Under the pieces are notes generated by a model, which made no database searches, was not told the origin of the DNA, and worked only from the letters and a program-made list of their open reading frames with translations. From a virus (Duplodnaviria; Caudoviricetes), in IMG/VR virus record IMGVR_UViG_3300043394_000652, positions 1-60,519 of that record: 60,519 nt of DNA. One strand, written 5' to 3'. Shown piece by piece: positions 9,206-18,995 of this stretch (its first letter is position 1; each line of letters opens with the position of its first letter). Made by a program: the position numbers and the translations under genes.

Positions 9206-10186
9206 ATGACTGGAAATATTTTTGAAAAGCGAATCAATATTTTACCTTATGAATATCCATCTCTACTTGCATTTAAAGATGCAATTAGACACTCATATTG
9301 GATTCATACTGAATTTAACTTTACATCAGATATTGATGATTTTAAAACAAAGGTTAGTGATTCTGAAAGAGAAGTAATTAAACGTGCTATGTTGGCAATT
9401 GCTCAAATCGAAGTTAATGTTAAAACTTTTTGGGCAGATCTTTATAAGAGAATGCCTATCACCGAAATCGGAGATGTTGGTATGACATTTGCTGAATCTG
9501 AGGTAAGACATAAGGACGCATATGCACAGCTACTTAGAATTCTTGGTTTAGAGGAAGAGTTTAAAGATGTTGTTGAAATTCCAGCAATCAAGGATAGAAT
9601 TGCATATCTATCAAAATATCTAGACGGAACTAGAAGTAAGGACAATAAAATGTATACAAAATCTGTATTGTTATTTTCATTGTTTATTGAACATGTTAGT
9701 TTATTCAGTCAATTCTTGATTATGATGAGTTTTAATAAAGAGAAAAACTTATTTAAAGGTATTTCAAATGTAGTTGAAGCTACCAGTAAAGAGGAGGAAA
9801 TTCATGGAAACTTTGGTTCTGAATTAATTAACATTATTAAAGAGGAAAATCCTGAATGGTTTGACACAGAATTTGAAAACTTAATTGACTCAGCTTGTAA
9901 AAAAGCCTATTTGGCAGAGGTTAAAATTCTTGATTGGATTTTCGAGCATGGCGAACTTGAATTCCTTTCAAAAGAAACAATCAAACAATTTATTCAAAAC
10001 AGATTCAATAACTCTCTACAAAGAATTGGTATGAAACCAGTATTCGATGTTGATTTTGTTGAAATTGAAAAAACATTATGGTTTGATGTAGAGGTTACAG
10101 CAACAAAAGAGGGAGACTTCTTTTACAAAAAACAGATTGATTATAATAAAAAGAGCAAATCAATCACAGAAGACGATTTATTTTAA
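9206..10186 (+). CDS. nrdB: Ribonucleotide reductase class I beta subunit
   Basis: ESEVRHKDAY, IEHVSLFSQF and EEEIH diiron-type motifs. Confidence 0.92.
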   Translation: MTGNIFEKRINILPYEYPSLLAFKDAIRHSYWIHTEFNFTSDIDDFKTKVSDSEREVIKRAMLAIAQIEVNVKTFWADLYKRMPITEIGDVGMTFAESEVRHKDAYAQLLRILGLEEEFKDVVEIPAIKDRIAYLSKYLDGTRSKDNKMYTKSVLLFSLFIEHVSLFSQFLIMMSFNKEKNLFKGISNVVEATSKEEEIHGNFGSELINIIKEENPEWFDTEFENLIDSACKKAYLAEVKILDWIFEHGELEFLSKETIKQFIQNRFNNSLQRIGMKPVFDVDFVEIEKTLWFDVEVTATKEGDFFYKKQIDYNKKSKSITEDDLF

Positions 10187-10210
10187 AATTAAAAAAAACA
10201 AAAGAACTAA

Positions 10211-11836
10211 ATGGAATACGAAAGATATTATTGGCTAAATGATGAAAGCCGATTGTTTTTATCTAGAGGTTATATTAATGAAACCCCTGAGCAAAGACTT
10301 AAAGACATTTCTAATATGGCGGAGAGATGGTTAAAAATTGAAGGATTTGCGAAGAAGTTTGAGGACTACATGGCAAGAGGGTTTTACAGTTTATCCACAC
10401 CAGTTTGGATTAACTTTGGAAAAGACAAAGGACTTCCAATTAGTTGCTATGGTAGCAATGTTGATGACACATTAGATAGTATCTTAAACGGAAGTAGAGA
10501 AATTGGAATGATGTCGAAATACGGAGGTGGAACTTCAATTTTCTTAGGAAATATTAGAGCAAGAGGCACACGAATTTCAACAGGTGGAACTGCAGATGGT
10601 CCTGTTCACTATGCAAGAATGTACGATACAACAGTAGATGTATGTAAGCAATCGGAGGCAAGAAGAGGAGCATGTGCAGCATGGTTGCCAGTAGAACATA
10701 ACGATATTTTAGAATTCTTGGATATTGGAATCGAAGGAAACCCTATTCAAAACCTACAATATGGAATTACAGTAACCGACCAATGGTTACAAGAAATGAA
10801 AGATGGTGATGTAGATAAACGTAAAATCTGGGCAAAAATAATTCAAAGAAGATCTGAGTTTGGATTTCCTTACATCATGTTTAAAGACAACTCAAATAAT
10901 AATTCACCATACAAAGAATTAGGACTTGATATTACTGCAAGTAATCTTTGTTCTGAGATTCAATTACCAACCGATTCTTTTAACTCATTTGTATGTTGTT
11001 TAGGTTCATTGAATTTATTACATTGGGATGAGATTAAAGAAACTGATGCAATCGAAACTTATATTCTTTTCTTGAATGCAGTAATGGATGAGTTTATTCA
11101 TAAATCATATAACATGCCAGGTATGAAACGTGCATGGAGATTTGCAAATGACCATAGAGCATTAGGGTTAGGAGTACTTGGTTACCATTCACTTTTCCAA
11201 TCAAAATTAATTGAATTTGAATCGTTAGAGGCAAAACAATTAAACTATGAAATCTTCAAAACAATGAAGGAAAGAAGTGAAGAGGCTTCAAAATGGTTAC
11301 ATGATGAGAAAGGTTATAAATCAATTCGCCCTGGATATGCAAACACTACAATGATTGCAGTTGCTCCAACAAAAAGTAGTTCATTTATTCATGGACAAGT
11401 AAGTATGGGAATTGAGCCAATTAAATCTAATTACTTTATTAAAGACTTGGCAAAAACAAAAACGATTTATAAGAATCCATTCTTAATTAAAGAACTTGAA
11501 AAATATGAATTGAATACACCAGAGGTTTGGGAAGGAATCTTAAAACGCGATGGAAGTGTACAACATCTAGATTTTCCAACCAAAGAAGTATTTAAATCTT
11601 TTATTGAAATTAGTCCAAGTGAGATTGTTTTACAGGCAGCTCAACGCCAACAATTCATTGATCAATCTCAATCTCTTAATTTAATGATTCACCCAAGTGT
11701 ACCAGCTAAGGATATTAATCAATTATATTTGAAAGCGCATGAATCTGGAGTTAAGACACTATATTATCAATTTAGCCAAAGCTCAGCACAATCATTCGCA
11801 AGAGATATTCTTGAATGTGCAAGCTGTGAGGCTTAA
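10211..11836 (+). CDS. nrdA: Ribonucleotide reductase class I alpha subunit (compact, no ATP cone)
   Basis: PISC, SNLCSEI, APTKSSS, DQSQSLN, KTLYY and C-terminal CASCE. Confidence 0.93.
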   Translation: MEYERYYWLNDESRLFLSRGYINETPEQRLKDISNMAERWLKIEGFAKKFEDYMARGFYSLSTPVWINFGKDKGLPISCYGSNVDDTLDSILNGSREIGMMSKYGGGTSIFLGNIRARGTRISTGGTADGPVHYARMYDTTVDVCKQSEARRGACAAWLPVEHNDILEFLDIGIEGNPIQNLQYGITVTDQWLQEMKDGDVDKRKIWAKIIQRRSEFGFPYIMFKDNSNNNSPYKELGLDITASNLCSEIQLPTDSFNSFVCCLGSLNLLHWDEIKETDAIETYILFLNAVMDEFIHKSYNMPGMKRAWRFANDHRALGLGVLGYHSLFQSKLIEFESLEAKQLNYEIFKTMKERSEEASKWLHDEKGYKSIRPGYANTTMIAVAPTKSSSFIHGQVSMGIEPIKSNYFIKDLAKTKTIYKNPFLIKELEKYELNTPEVWEGILKRDGSVQHLDFPTKEVFKSFIEISPSEIVLQAAQRQQFIDQSQSLNLMIHPSVPAKDINQLYLKAHESGVKTLYYQFSQSSAQSFARDILECASCEA

Positions 11837-11894
11837 CAATACGGCAATCTGAAACATGATTGCATTTTAGGACCGGGACTAGTTCACGGAAAGT

Positions 11895-11925
11895 AAGGCA
11901 GGGAATTCGCTACTCCCTGCCTTTT
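11895..11925 (+). terminator. Intrinsic terminator after nrdA
   Basis: AAGGCAGGGA/TCCCTGCCTT stem with short T-run. Confidence 0.75.
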
Positions 11926-12017
11926 ACGTAAATTAAAAGGATATATAATAAAATAATCTAAAATATTTTCATATATCAAATAAAATGATTATATTTGTAA
12001 AATAAAAACATAATAAT

Positions 12018-12560
12018 ATGAAACACATTAAATTATATGAAGAGTTTGTAAATGAATCAAGTGAAGAAAAAATAGCGCAAGATATTTTGCAAGATCTTTT
12101 AGGAGAACACGATCCATGGGAAATTCAAGAAATGCAAGCTGAAGAGGCTGAAGAAACTGTTGATTCTTATGGACATAAAGGTTCTAAAGCTAAAAAGATT
12201 GCAGCTGCATTATTAGACCTTGCACAATCTGGTGCATTTGAATCTAAACTTCATGAAAATTCTAGTCCAAAACCAGAAATTCTAGTAAAATTATTCAAAG
12301 AATTAGCTAAAGCCAAAAACGTAGAAAAGGTAATTTGGGGATATGATGATTCTGAAGAGTTTCCACATATTGTTCACTTTGCAAGTGGATTAGAATCAGA
12401 AGCACCAAGACACGAAGGAGAATTGGAAGAGTTTTCATTCTACTTAAATGATGATGGTAAAACTATCTTAGGTATTTATGATTTAAGTGGAAATGACCAA
12501 GAATTAAAAACAGTTAAAGATGCTGTTAATTGGTGTAGAGCAAATGAAAAACAAAAATAA
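12018..12560 (+). CDS. Hypothetical protein with MKHIKLYEEFVNE tag
   Basis: Shared N-terminal motif; GATATATA at 11940. Confidence 0.7.
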   Translation: MKHIKLYEEFVNESSEEKIAQDILQDLLGEHDPWEIQEMQAEEAEETVDSYGHKGSKAKKIAAALLDLAQSGAFESKLHENSSPKPEILVKLFKELAKAKNVEKVIWGYDDSEEFPHIVHFASGLESEAPRHEGELEEFSFYLNDDGKTILGIYDLSGNDQELKTVKDAVNWCRANEKQK

Positions 12561-12564
12561 TAAT

Positions 12565-12909
12565 ATGAAACGCATTAAATTATTCGAACAATTCGTTAAT
12601 GAGGAAAGTGCATTAAACCTACCAGAAGGTATGGAGCAATTTCAAAAGGATGAAAAGGAAGAAGGCAAGAAAGCAGATATTTACTTAGCTAAATTTGATG
12701 GTAGAAGTTTCAAAGCTCAAACTACTGATAAGACATGGGATGATGGAGTTCCTGTTACTAAGAACTTTACAAGAGGAGGATATAAAAGTGTTAATCCAAA
12801 GGGAGAACATTACATTATAGAAGGAGATACCTTTTGGTATTTTAGAGTAGGTAAAATGTGGTACGCTGTTAAGATGGCAGACTATGGAACCCCTCCATTT
12901 GAATATTAA
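12565..12909 (+). CDS. Hypothetical protein with MKRIKLFEQFVNE tag
   Basis: Likely start is the ATG at 12565, after the upstream stop and at the motif. Confidence 0.7.
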   Translation: MKRIKLFEQFVNEESALNLPEGMEQFQKDEKEEGKKADIYLAKFDGRSFKAQTTDKTWDDGVPVTKNFTRGGYKSVNPKGEHYIIEGDTFWYFRVGKMWYAVKMADYGTPPFEY

Positions 12910-12943
12910 AAAAACAAAACAAATAACAATGAAACAAATAACA

Positions 12944-13489
12944 ATGAAACATATTAAACTATTCGAACAATTCTTAGGGGAGAAAATGTTAGCAAAAGAT
13001 TTAAAAAAATTAGCAGTTGAAATATCATTAAAAATACCAAGTCTTCCTGGATTTACAAAATTTAAATCAACCGCTGCTAAAACGGAGATTAACGATCGTC
13101 TGGTATCTTTTAGTATTCCCGACGCTCCTAAATTATCTAACATCGGAAATTTTAAGGAAAACTTCATGAGACTAAATAGAAATCAAACTAGTTTTATAGA
13201 ATTTCGTAATGATGAAGGAGTTCAATTATTTCGAATAGTATACGTCATCAATCGACGAGGTAAAGGTTTATATGGAAATACATCAGTAGACTATACCAAC
13301 AGTTTTCAAATTATAGTAGGAGATAACTACAAGGTAATTTCTCCAGTAATGTCAATGATTCTTCCTGATGTTATCGATACGGATGCTGCAGAAGTTTTTA
13401 AGGATCACTTAAATAAAGCTTTAAATTCTCCTGGTTTTGTAGAATTAATTAAACAATACGCGGAAGCCGTTAAGGCAGTTAACAGTTAA
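12944..13489 (+). CDS. Hypothetical protein with MKHIKLFEQFLGE tag
   Basis: Likely start is the ATG at 12944, at the motif. Confidence 0.7.
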   Translation: MKHIKLFEQFLGEKMLAKDLKKLAVEISLKIPSLPGFTKFKSTAAKTEINDRLVSFSIPDAPKLSNIGNFKENFMRLNRNQTSFIEFRNDEGVQLFRIVYVINRRGKGLYGNTSVDYTNSFQIIVGDNYKVISPVMSMILPDVIDTDAAEVFKDHLNKALNSPGFVELIKQYAEAVKAVNS

Positions 13490-13533
13490 CCCCTCCTCAT
13501 GATAGAATCGGAGGACCGACTCATAAGAGTTTC

Positions 13534-13560
13534 AACCTGTCAGTAATGACAGGTTTTTTT
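13534..13560 (+). terminator. Intrinsic terminator
   Basis: AACCTGTCA-GTAA-TGACAGGTT plus T-run. Confidence 0.85.
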
Positions 13561-13616
13561 ATGTGAAACAAAATCATATTTTTGTTTATAATACTTAAAT
13601 AATTTAAACAAAAAAT

Positions 13617-14378
13617 ATGAAAATTAAAATTGACAAAGTAGACCAAAACAATTTCATCGGTTTTGTGAATAGACTTAAGGTTATTGATACCTTTATTTAT
13701 TTTAAAATTAAGGATGAAGTGGTACAAGCTTCTGCGTATTTACCACAAAGAGATGCAGTTAAACATCACAGAGTTCCTGTAAGCCATGTATTCCAAATGG
13801 AAGATGGAGCTTTAGAGGCAGCAGGTTCTAAAGAATTAAAAATTGCTTTCTTTGATGCTTCTAAATTAACTGATGCATTTAAACAATTCGAATTTGGAAA
13901 TGTTCGTGCTGAAATTGAATTCGTAGAAAACGATGAAGATTTTGTAGCAACTGAATTTATCGTTTACAATGACGAATTAGAAATTAGATTGGCTTGTTCA
14001 GAACCTTCATTAGGTTATAAAGATCTTACGGATGCTCAAATCCAGGCAATCTTTAACATTGACGCAGCAAACTATGTATTTGACATGGACTACACTGCAA
14101 TTTCAAAAGTACGTTCATTATTTGGATTGGATAAAGAGGAAACATTCTCTATCACAACAAATAATGATGGTGTAAGAATGAAAGGAAAAACTTACAACTA
14201 CTTAGTAACCGATTCTTTCCAAGGAACAGATGCATCTGAGGTTACTCTTTTCAAAAAATACTTAAATCTATTAGACAAAGAAGATTATTCAGCAAATGTT
14301 ATGGATAATCGAGTTGTTCTACGCTCTAAAGATTCAGAAACTCTTTTAACAATCGCTACTTGCCAAAACGCAGAATAA
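13617..14378 (+). CDS. Putative sliding clamp (gp45/PCNA-like)
   Basis: 253 aa acidic protein with a two-domain alpha/beta pattern, directly upstream of the polymerase C-terminal half; clamp loader is present elsewhere in the window. Confidence 0.55.
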   Translation: MKIKIDKVDQNNFIGFVNRLKVIDTFIYFKIKDEVVQASAYLPQRDAVKHHRVPVSHVFQMEDGALEAAGSKELKIAFFDASKLTDAFKQFEFGNVRAEIEFVENDEDFVATEFIVYNDELEIRLACSEPSLGYKDLTDAQIQAIFNIDAANYVFDMDYTAISKVRSLFGLDKEETFSITTNNDGVRMKGKTYNYLVTDSFQGTDASEVTLFKKYLNLLDKEDYSANVMDNRVVLRSKDSETLLTIATCQNAE

Positions 14379-14381
14379 TTT

Positions 14382-15578
14382 ATGACAATCGATGAATTAA
14401 TACTAAAACCAGAAGAAGATCTATCACAGGAAGAGATTAAAATCCTGGTTGAGCATTATTCAACATTGTCTGCTAAATATACCGCATATGAGCAAGCAGT
14501 AAAAGTAATGCTTAACTCAATCTATGGTGCATTTGGTAATAAGTGGTTTCACTTTTTTAATATAGACATCGCAGAATCGATTACTTTACAGGGTCAATCT
14601 GCGATTCTATATTCTGAAAAGATACTTAATAAGTATTTTCAAGAATTTTGGCATAAAGACAAGGCAGTACATGATTTTTTTAATGTTAAAGTTAAAAATA
14701 AACTAGTAAGACCTTCCGTTGTTTATATCGATACCGATTCTTGTTATGTGCAGTTTGAGGAAATGTATGAATCCATTGAATGGCTTGATGATAAATTGAC
14801 AATTGACCAATTTATTATGAAGCTGTACAACTTTAGGCTTAAAGAATATATCTTTAAGTGTATGGAAAAATACGCCGAAGCCACAAACACTGAAAACTTC
14901 CTTGTGTTTGAGTTGGAAACAATCGCATACTCAGGAATTTGGTTGGCTAAGAAAAAATATTTGCAAAACATTGCTTGGGAAGATAAAATTGGAATCGATG
15001 AAAGATACCCATCACTTAAGAAAATTAAGACGATTGGATATGATACAATCCAAAGTTCCACACCTGCTATTGCAAGAAAGCACTTGACTGAAGCCTTAAA
15101 ATTGATTCTTTCAGAAAAACCAACAGCATCATTGCTTAAAAAATTGGTTGACTATTTAAAACAATGTAAGAAGGAATTTCAATTGGCAAGCATTGACGAA
15201 ATTTGCTTCAATAAAAGAACAAACAATATTGAAAAATATATCGTAGATGATACGATTGAATTCCAATATGGACTTAAATGTCCACCTAATGTTAAGGCCG
15301 CCGGATTTTATAACTTCTTAATGAATCAAAATCCAAAGTACAAAAACAAATATAAAATGATTGGTAATGGTGAAAAGCTAAAACTATATCATTGTAAACA
15401 TGCAACTTGCGAAATTTTTGCATATCAACCAGGTTCACATCCTTATGAAATTGCACCACCAGTAGATTATGAGTTGCAGTTTGAAAAAAGTGTTATTGAC
15501 CCTTTAAATCGAGTTTTGGTTGCAGTTGGGTTACATACATTAAACAGAAATTTAATTTACTCAACATCATTATTTTAA
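14382..15578 (+). CDS. gp43B: Family-B DNA polymerase, C-terminal half (motifs B and C, thumb)
   Basis: KVMLNSIYGAFGN, ITLQG, YIDTDS, KKKY. Confidence 0.9.
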   Translation: MTIDELILKPEEDLSQEEIKILVEHYSTLSAKYTAYEQAVKVMLNSIYGAFGNKWFHFFNIDIAESITLQGQSAILYSEKILNKYFQEFWHKDKAVHDFFNVKVKNKLVRPSVVYIDTDSCYVQFEEMYESIEWLDDKLTIDQFIMKLYNFRLKEYIFKCMEKYAEATNTENFLVFELETIAYSGIWLAKKKYLQNIAWEDKIGIDERYPSLKKIKTIGYDTIQSSTPAIARKHLTEALKLILSEKPTASLLKKLVDYLKQCKKEFQLASIDEICFNKRTNNIEKYIVDDTIEFQYGLKCPPNVKAAGFYNFLMNQNPKYKNKYKMIGNGEKLKLYHCKHATCEIFAYQPGSHPYEIAPPVDYELQFEKSVIDPLNRVLVAVGLHTLNRNLIYSTSLF

Positions 15579-15580
15579 TT

Positions 15581-15778
15581 ATGGATATTAATATTGAAAA
15601 CCTAGACGAAGAACAATTATCTTATGTTAATCACTATAAGAGAATTAACCAAAGGCTTGAAACCTTACAGAAACAAATGACAATAATCCAGCACGAGGCA
15701 AAGGGTTTAATCGATGAATTAGAGGAATTGAGAATTAAAGAAAATAAAAAATATAACAAAGACAATGGCAAAAAATAA
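15581..15778 (+). CDS. Small coiled-coil hypothetical protein
   Basis: Tightly packed ORF within the operon. Confidence 0.6.
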   Translation: MDINIENLDEEQLSYVNHYKRINQRLETLQKQMTIIQHEAKGLIDELEELRIKENKKYNKDNGKK

Positions 15779-16877
15779 TTTTACATTTGACGATTTAAAC
15801 AAAGAATTGGCGGAATTAAATCCACTTGGTTCTGTGATGGAAAAATCTGATTTCTCAGGAGTCACTGAATGGATTCATACTGGAAATTTCCACTTGAATG
15901 CATGCGTGAGCGGATCCTTATTTGGCGGTTGGCCAAATAACCGTTCATGCTCTATTGCAGGTCCTTCAGGAACAGGTAAAACATTCTTAATGTTAAATTC
16001 TGTTAGAGAAGCAATTAATATGGGTTATAATGTAATCTATTATGATTCAGAAGCAGCAGTTGATAGAGAACAAATGGAAAAATTCAGCATTGATACTTCT
16101 AAGGTAAATTATCAACCAATCAATACTGTACAAGAATTTAGAACTTCAGTAACTTCAATTACTAAAAAATTACAGGAGGCAAAACGTAAGGGTGCTGAAA
16201 TTCCAAAAATCATGATTGTATTGGATTCTGCAGGTAACTTGGCAACTGCAAAGGAAATTGAAGATGCGGCAACAGGTAGCGAAAAGGCAGATATGACCAG
16301 ATCAAAAATCTTAAAATCTATCTTTAGAATTATTATGACTCCATTGGCTGATTTAAAGATTCCTTTCCTATTCACAAACCACACATACATGACACAGGAT
16401 TTTATTGCACGTCAAGTTGCGGGTGGTGGAACAGGACCTGAATATGCTGCATCAATTGTACTTATGTTAAATAAAGCTCAATTAAAAGATGGAGCTGACA
16501 AAGTAGGAATTGTAGTTACTGCAAAACCAGATAAAAATAGATTTGCAAAACCAACTCCAATCAAATTCCATTTACACTTTACAAAAGGTATGAATCCATA
16601 TGTTGGATTGGAACAGTATGCCACATGGGATATCTGTGGAATTACAAGAGGAACTATTGAAAAGGGTGTTAAAATTCCAAAAGCAACAGCGCGTGGATGG
16701 ATTTGTGAACACCTTGACGAAGTAGTTTCAAACGCAGAATTCTTCACCGAAAAGGTATTTACACAAGATGTATTAAAAAGAATTGATGAGTATATTAAAC
16801 CCTTGTTTAATTACAATACAGAAGATTCATCAATTGATCGAGACATTGAACAATTATTGGACATTGAAAATGATTAA
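15765..16877 (+). CDS. uvsX: RecA-like recombinase
   Basis: Walker A GPSGTGKT, YYDSEAA, VLDS, KADMTR, TNHTY, GGG. Confidence 0.9.
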   Translation: MAKNNFTFDDLNKELAELNPLGSVMEKSDFSGVTEWIHTGNFHLNACVSGSLFGGWPNNRSCSIAGPSGTGKTFLMLNSVREAINMGYNVIYYDSEAAVDREQMEKFSIDTSKVNYQPINTVQEFRTSVTSITKKLQEAKRKGAEIPKIMIVLDSAGNLATAKEIEDAATGSEKADMTRSKILKSIFRIIMTPLADLKIPFLFTNHTYMTQDFIARQVAGGGTGPEYAASIVLMLNKAQLKDGADKVGIVVTAKPDKNRFAKPTPIKFHLHFTKGMNPYVGLEQYATWDICGITRGTIEKGVKIPKATARGWICEHLDEVVSNAEFFTEKVFTQDVLKRIDEYIKPLFNYNTEDSSIDRDIEQLLDIEND

Positions 16878-16879
16878 TT

Positions 16880-17191
16880 ATGGAGTTGAATCTTTTTAAG
16901 ATTGATGAAGATAAACTACCTATAAAATATGTTTTAGGCATTCAGGAGGAATTGGAAAATTTCCCTGATGCCTTTGACATTATTCATTTATACGTGGTCG
17001 AAAGCATCAATAGACCAAACAGACCAAGATACACATTTTCAAAAGCATCATTGTTAAAATATCATGCAAAGGGAAATGTTGAAAATACAGAAAATGGAAT
17101 TGAGCAGGCAATTAATTTAGGTTTGATCGAGCAAACCAATTTTGAAGAGGGTAAGGAATCATACACAATTAAAATCAATCCTTTCCAATAA
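16880..17191 (+). CDS. Hypothetical protein
   Basis: In-operon ORF of 103 aa. Confidence 0.6.
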   Translation: MELNLFKIDEDKLPIKYVLGIQEELENFPDAFDIIHLYVVESINRPNRPRYTFSKASLLKYHAKGNVENTENGIEQAINLGLIEQTNFEEGKESYTIKINPFQ

Positions 17192-17236
17192 ACTAAGTAC
17201 AATACTTCTATATAATTCCTAGAAAAACAACAATAC

Positions 17237-18550
17237 ATGAAATTCGGACAAGATTTTGAAACAATATTCTTTAAATTATCTTTGGCAAAACCAAAATACT
17301 TAGAGAAAATACATAAAGGCTTTTACACATCAGACGAAATAGATACAATGCATTTTCTTGCAACAAAGTTTTATGAGAAATTCCATGAAACTCCAAAGGC
17401 AGAGCAAATGAAAGTTCTTGTACAAAGTCCAAAATTTAAAGGTAAAGTAGAAGAGTCAATCATTGATTTGGTTTATAATAAAGACCTGACACAATTTGAC
17501 GAAGAGTGGTTACAATCAACAGCAGAGGCTTGGATTAAATGGAGAACATTTGACACAACCCTGATTGACACAATTGAATACATCAAAACAACTGAAGTTA
17601 CTCCAGATAATGCTGATTCTATTATCTCTAAGGTTAAGACCTTAATCAATGATAGAAACTCAATCGTATTTAACTCAGACTTAGGATTGGACTTCTTTAA
17701 TCCAGATGACCATGGACATGAAGGTCGAGCAAAGATTTCAAGCGGTTATTCATTTCTTGACAGATTATTAGGTGGAGGTTATGACAAAGACGGTTCATTG
17801 GTAGTTTATGTTGGAGAGCAAAATATTGGTAAGTCCATTTATCTTGCAAATGATGCTGCAAACTTTGTAAAAATGGGAGTTAACACTGCATTCGTTTCAG
17901 CTGAGATGGCAGCCCACAAAGTACTTAAAAGAATTGGAGCAAACTTACTTACAATTTCAATGAATGAGTATGATGAAAAGGCAAAGAACAAGGAACTAAT
18001 CAAACGAAAACTTGAAAATGTAGGTGATGGTTTAACTCCTCCAGGACAATTATTCGTAAAACAATTTCCAACATCACAAGCAACTGTATTGGATATTGAA
18101 GCCTACTTAAAACAAATTGAAGAGGAAAGAAAAATAAAATTAGGTTGTATTGTAATTGACTATATTAACATTCTAGCAAACTACAGAAATCCAAACTCTG
18201 AAAATATGTACCTTAAAATCAAGCAAATCGCTGAGGATTTACGTGCAATGGGAGTTAGAAATGGATGGTTAATTGTAACAGCAACCCAAATCAACAGAAA
18301 TAGTTATAATTCAAGTGATATTGGCATGGGAGACGTTGCAGAATCCGCAGGTCTTTCACATACAGCAGATTTAATGCTTGGAATTATTCAGGATGACTTA
18401 ATGCGAGCAAGTAATGAATATTGGCTTAAAGTATTAAAGATCCGTGATGGTGAAGGAAAGGGTGTTAAGTGTAAGCTTGACATTAATTATAACTACATGA
18501 GATTAACAGAAACAGATAACGTAACAAATTCAAATATACATAATTTATAA
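17237..18550 (+). CDS. gp41: DnaB-like replicative helicase
   Basis: GEQNIGKS, SAEM, IDYINI, TATQINR, AESAGL. Confidence 0.9.
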   Translation: MKFGQDFETIFFKLSLAKPKYLEKIHKGFYTSDEIDTMHFLATKFYEKFHETPKAEQMKVLVQSPKFKGKVEESIIDLVYNKDLTQFDEEWLQSTAEAWIKWRTFDTTLIDTIEYIKTTEVTPDNADSIISKVKTLINDRNSIVFNSDLGLDFFNPDDHGHEGRAKISSGYSFLDRLLGGGYDKDGSLVVYVGEQNIGKSIYLANDAANFVKMGVNTAFVSAEMAAHKVLKRIGANLLTISMNEYDEKAKNKELIKRKLENVGDGLTPPGQLFVKQFPTSQATVLDIEAYLKQIEEERKIKLGCIVIDYINILANYRNPNSENMYLKIKQIAEDLRAMGVRNGWLIVTATQINRNSYNSSDIGMGDVAESAGLSHTADLMLGIIQDDLMRASNEYWLKVLKIRDGEGKGVKCKLDINYNYMRLTETDNVTNSNIHNL

Positions 18551-18993
18551 TGAGAACACATAGAGATAAAATATTCGACAATACATTCGAGGATACTGAG
18601 TTCGAAATGGACCCTTCGTTCTCTTTTAATATTGCTGCAAGTTACACAGATGATAGAGATGAAGAGGATAAAATTGAAACAGGAATCATTGTTAAAAAAA
18701 TTCATGAACTTATTGAATCTTCAAGATTTAAAAAGTTTAATGACATTAATGAATTTGAGCAAACTGTAAAACTTAAAAAGATTGAAATCAATGAGATTTA
18801 TGAGTATATTTCAGATGAATTAAGAAAAAATCATTCAATTATTGAAATATTTTCAGAGCTATGCGATTATTTCAATATTAATCCAAGCAAATTTTATCAA
18901 TCACTTGGAAACAAATTTAAAGAGGAACTAATTGAAGCACTTGATAGAAAAACAAACGTGCTTAAGAAAAAGAATATAAATAGATTGTTCTAA
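18550..18993 (+). CDS. Putative late transcription coactivator, gp33-like
   Basis: Acidic N-terminus, IIEIFSELCDYFNINP...KEELIEA helical pattern, C-terminal RLF. Confidence 0.45.
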   Translation: MRTHRDKIFDNTFEDTEFEMDPSFSFNIAASYTDDRDEEDKIETGIIVKKIHELIESSRFKKFNDINEFEQTVKLKKIEINEIYEYISDELRKNHSIIEIFSELCDYFNINPSKFYQSLGNKFKEELIEALDRKTNVLKKKNINRLF

Positions 18994-18995
18994 TT

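Noticed and set aside
10169-10186. NrdB C-terminal EDDLF as another clamp tail
   Set aside because: An acidic, Phe-ending tail is the normal NrdA-binding end of NrdB.
12917-12946. 15 nt tandem duplication AAACAAATAACAATG at a start codon
   Set aside because: Most simply a local slippage duplication of the leader; it only makes the start ambiguous.
9168-14382. Split intein or intron explaining the polymerase break
   Set aside because: No intein N-terminal Cys/Ser block or His-Asn end, and the intervening DNA is ordinary genes.
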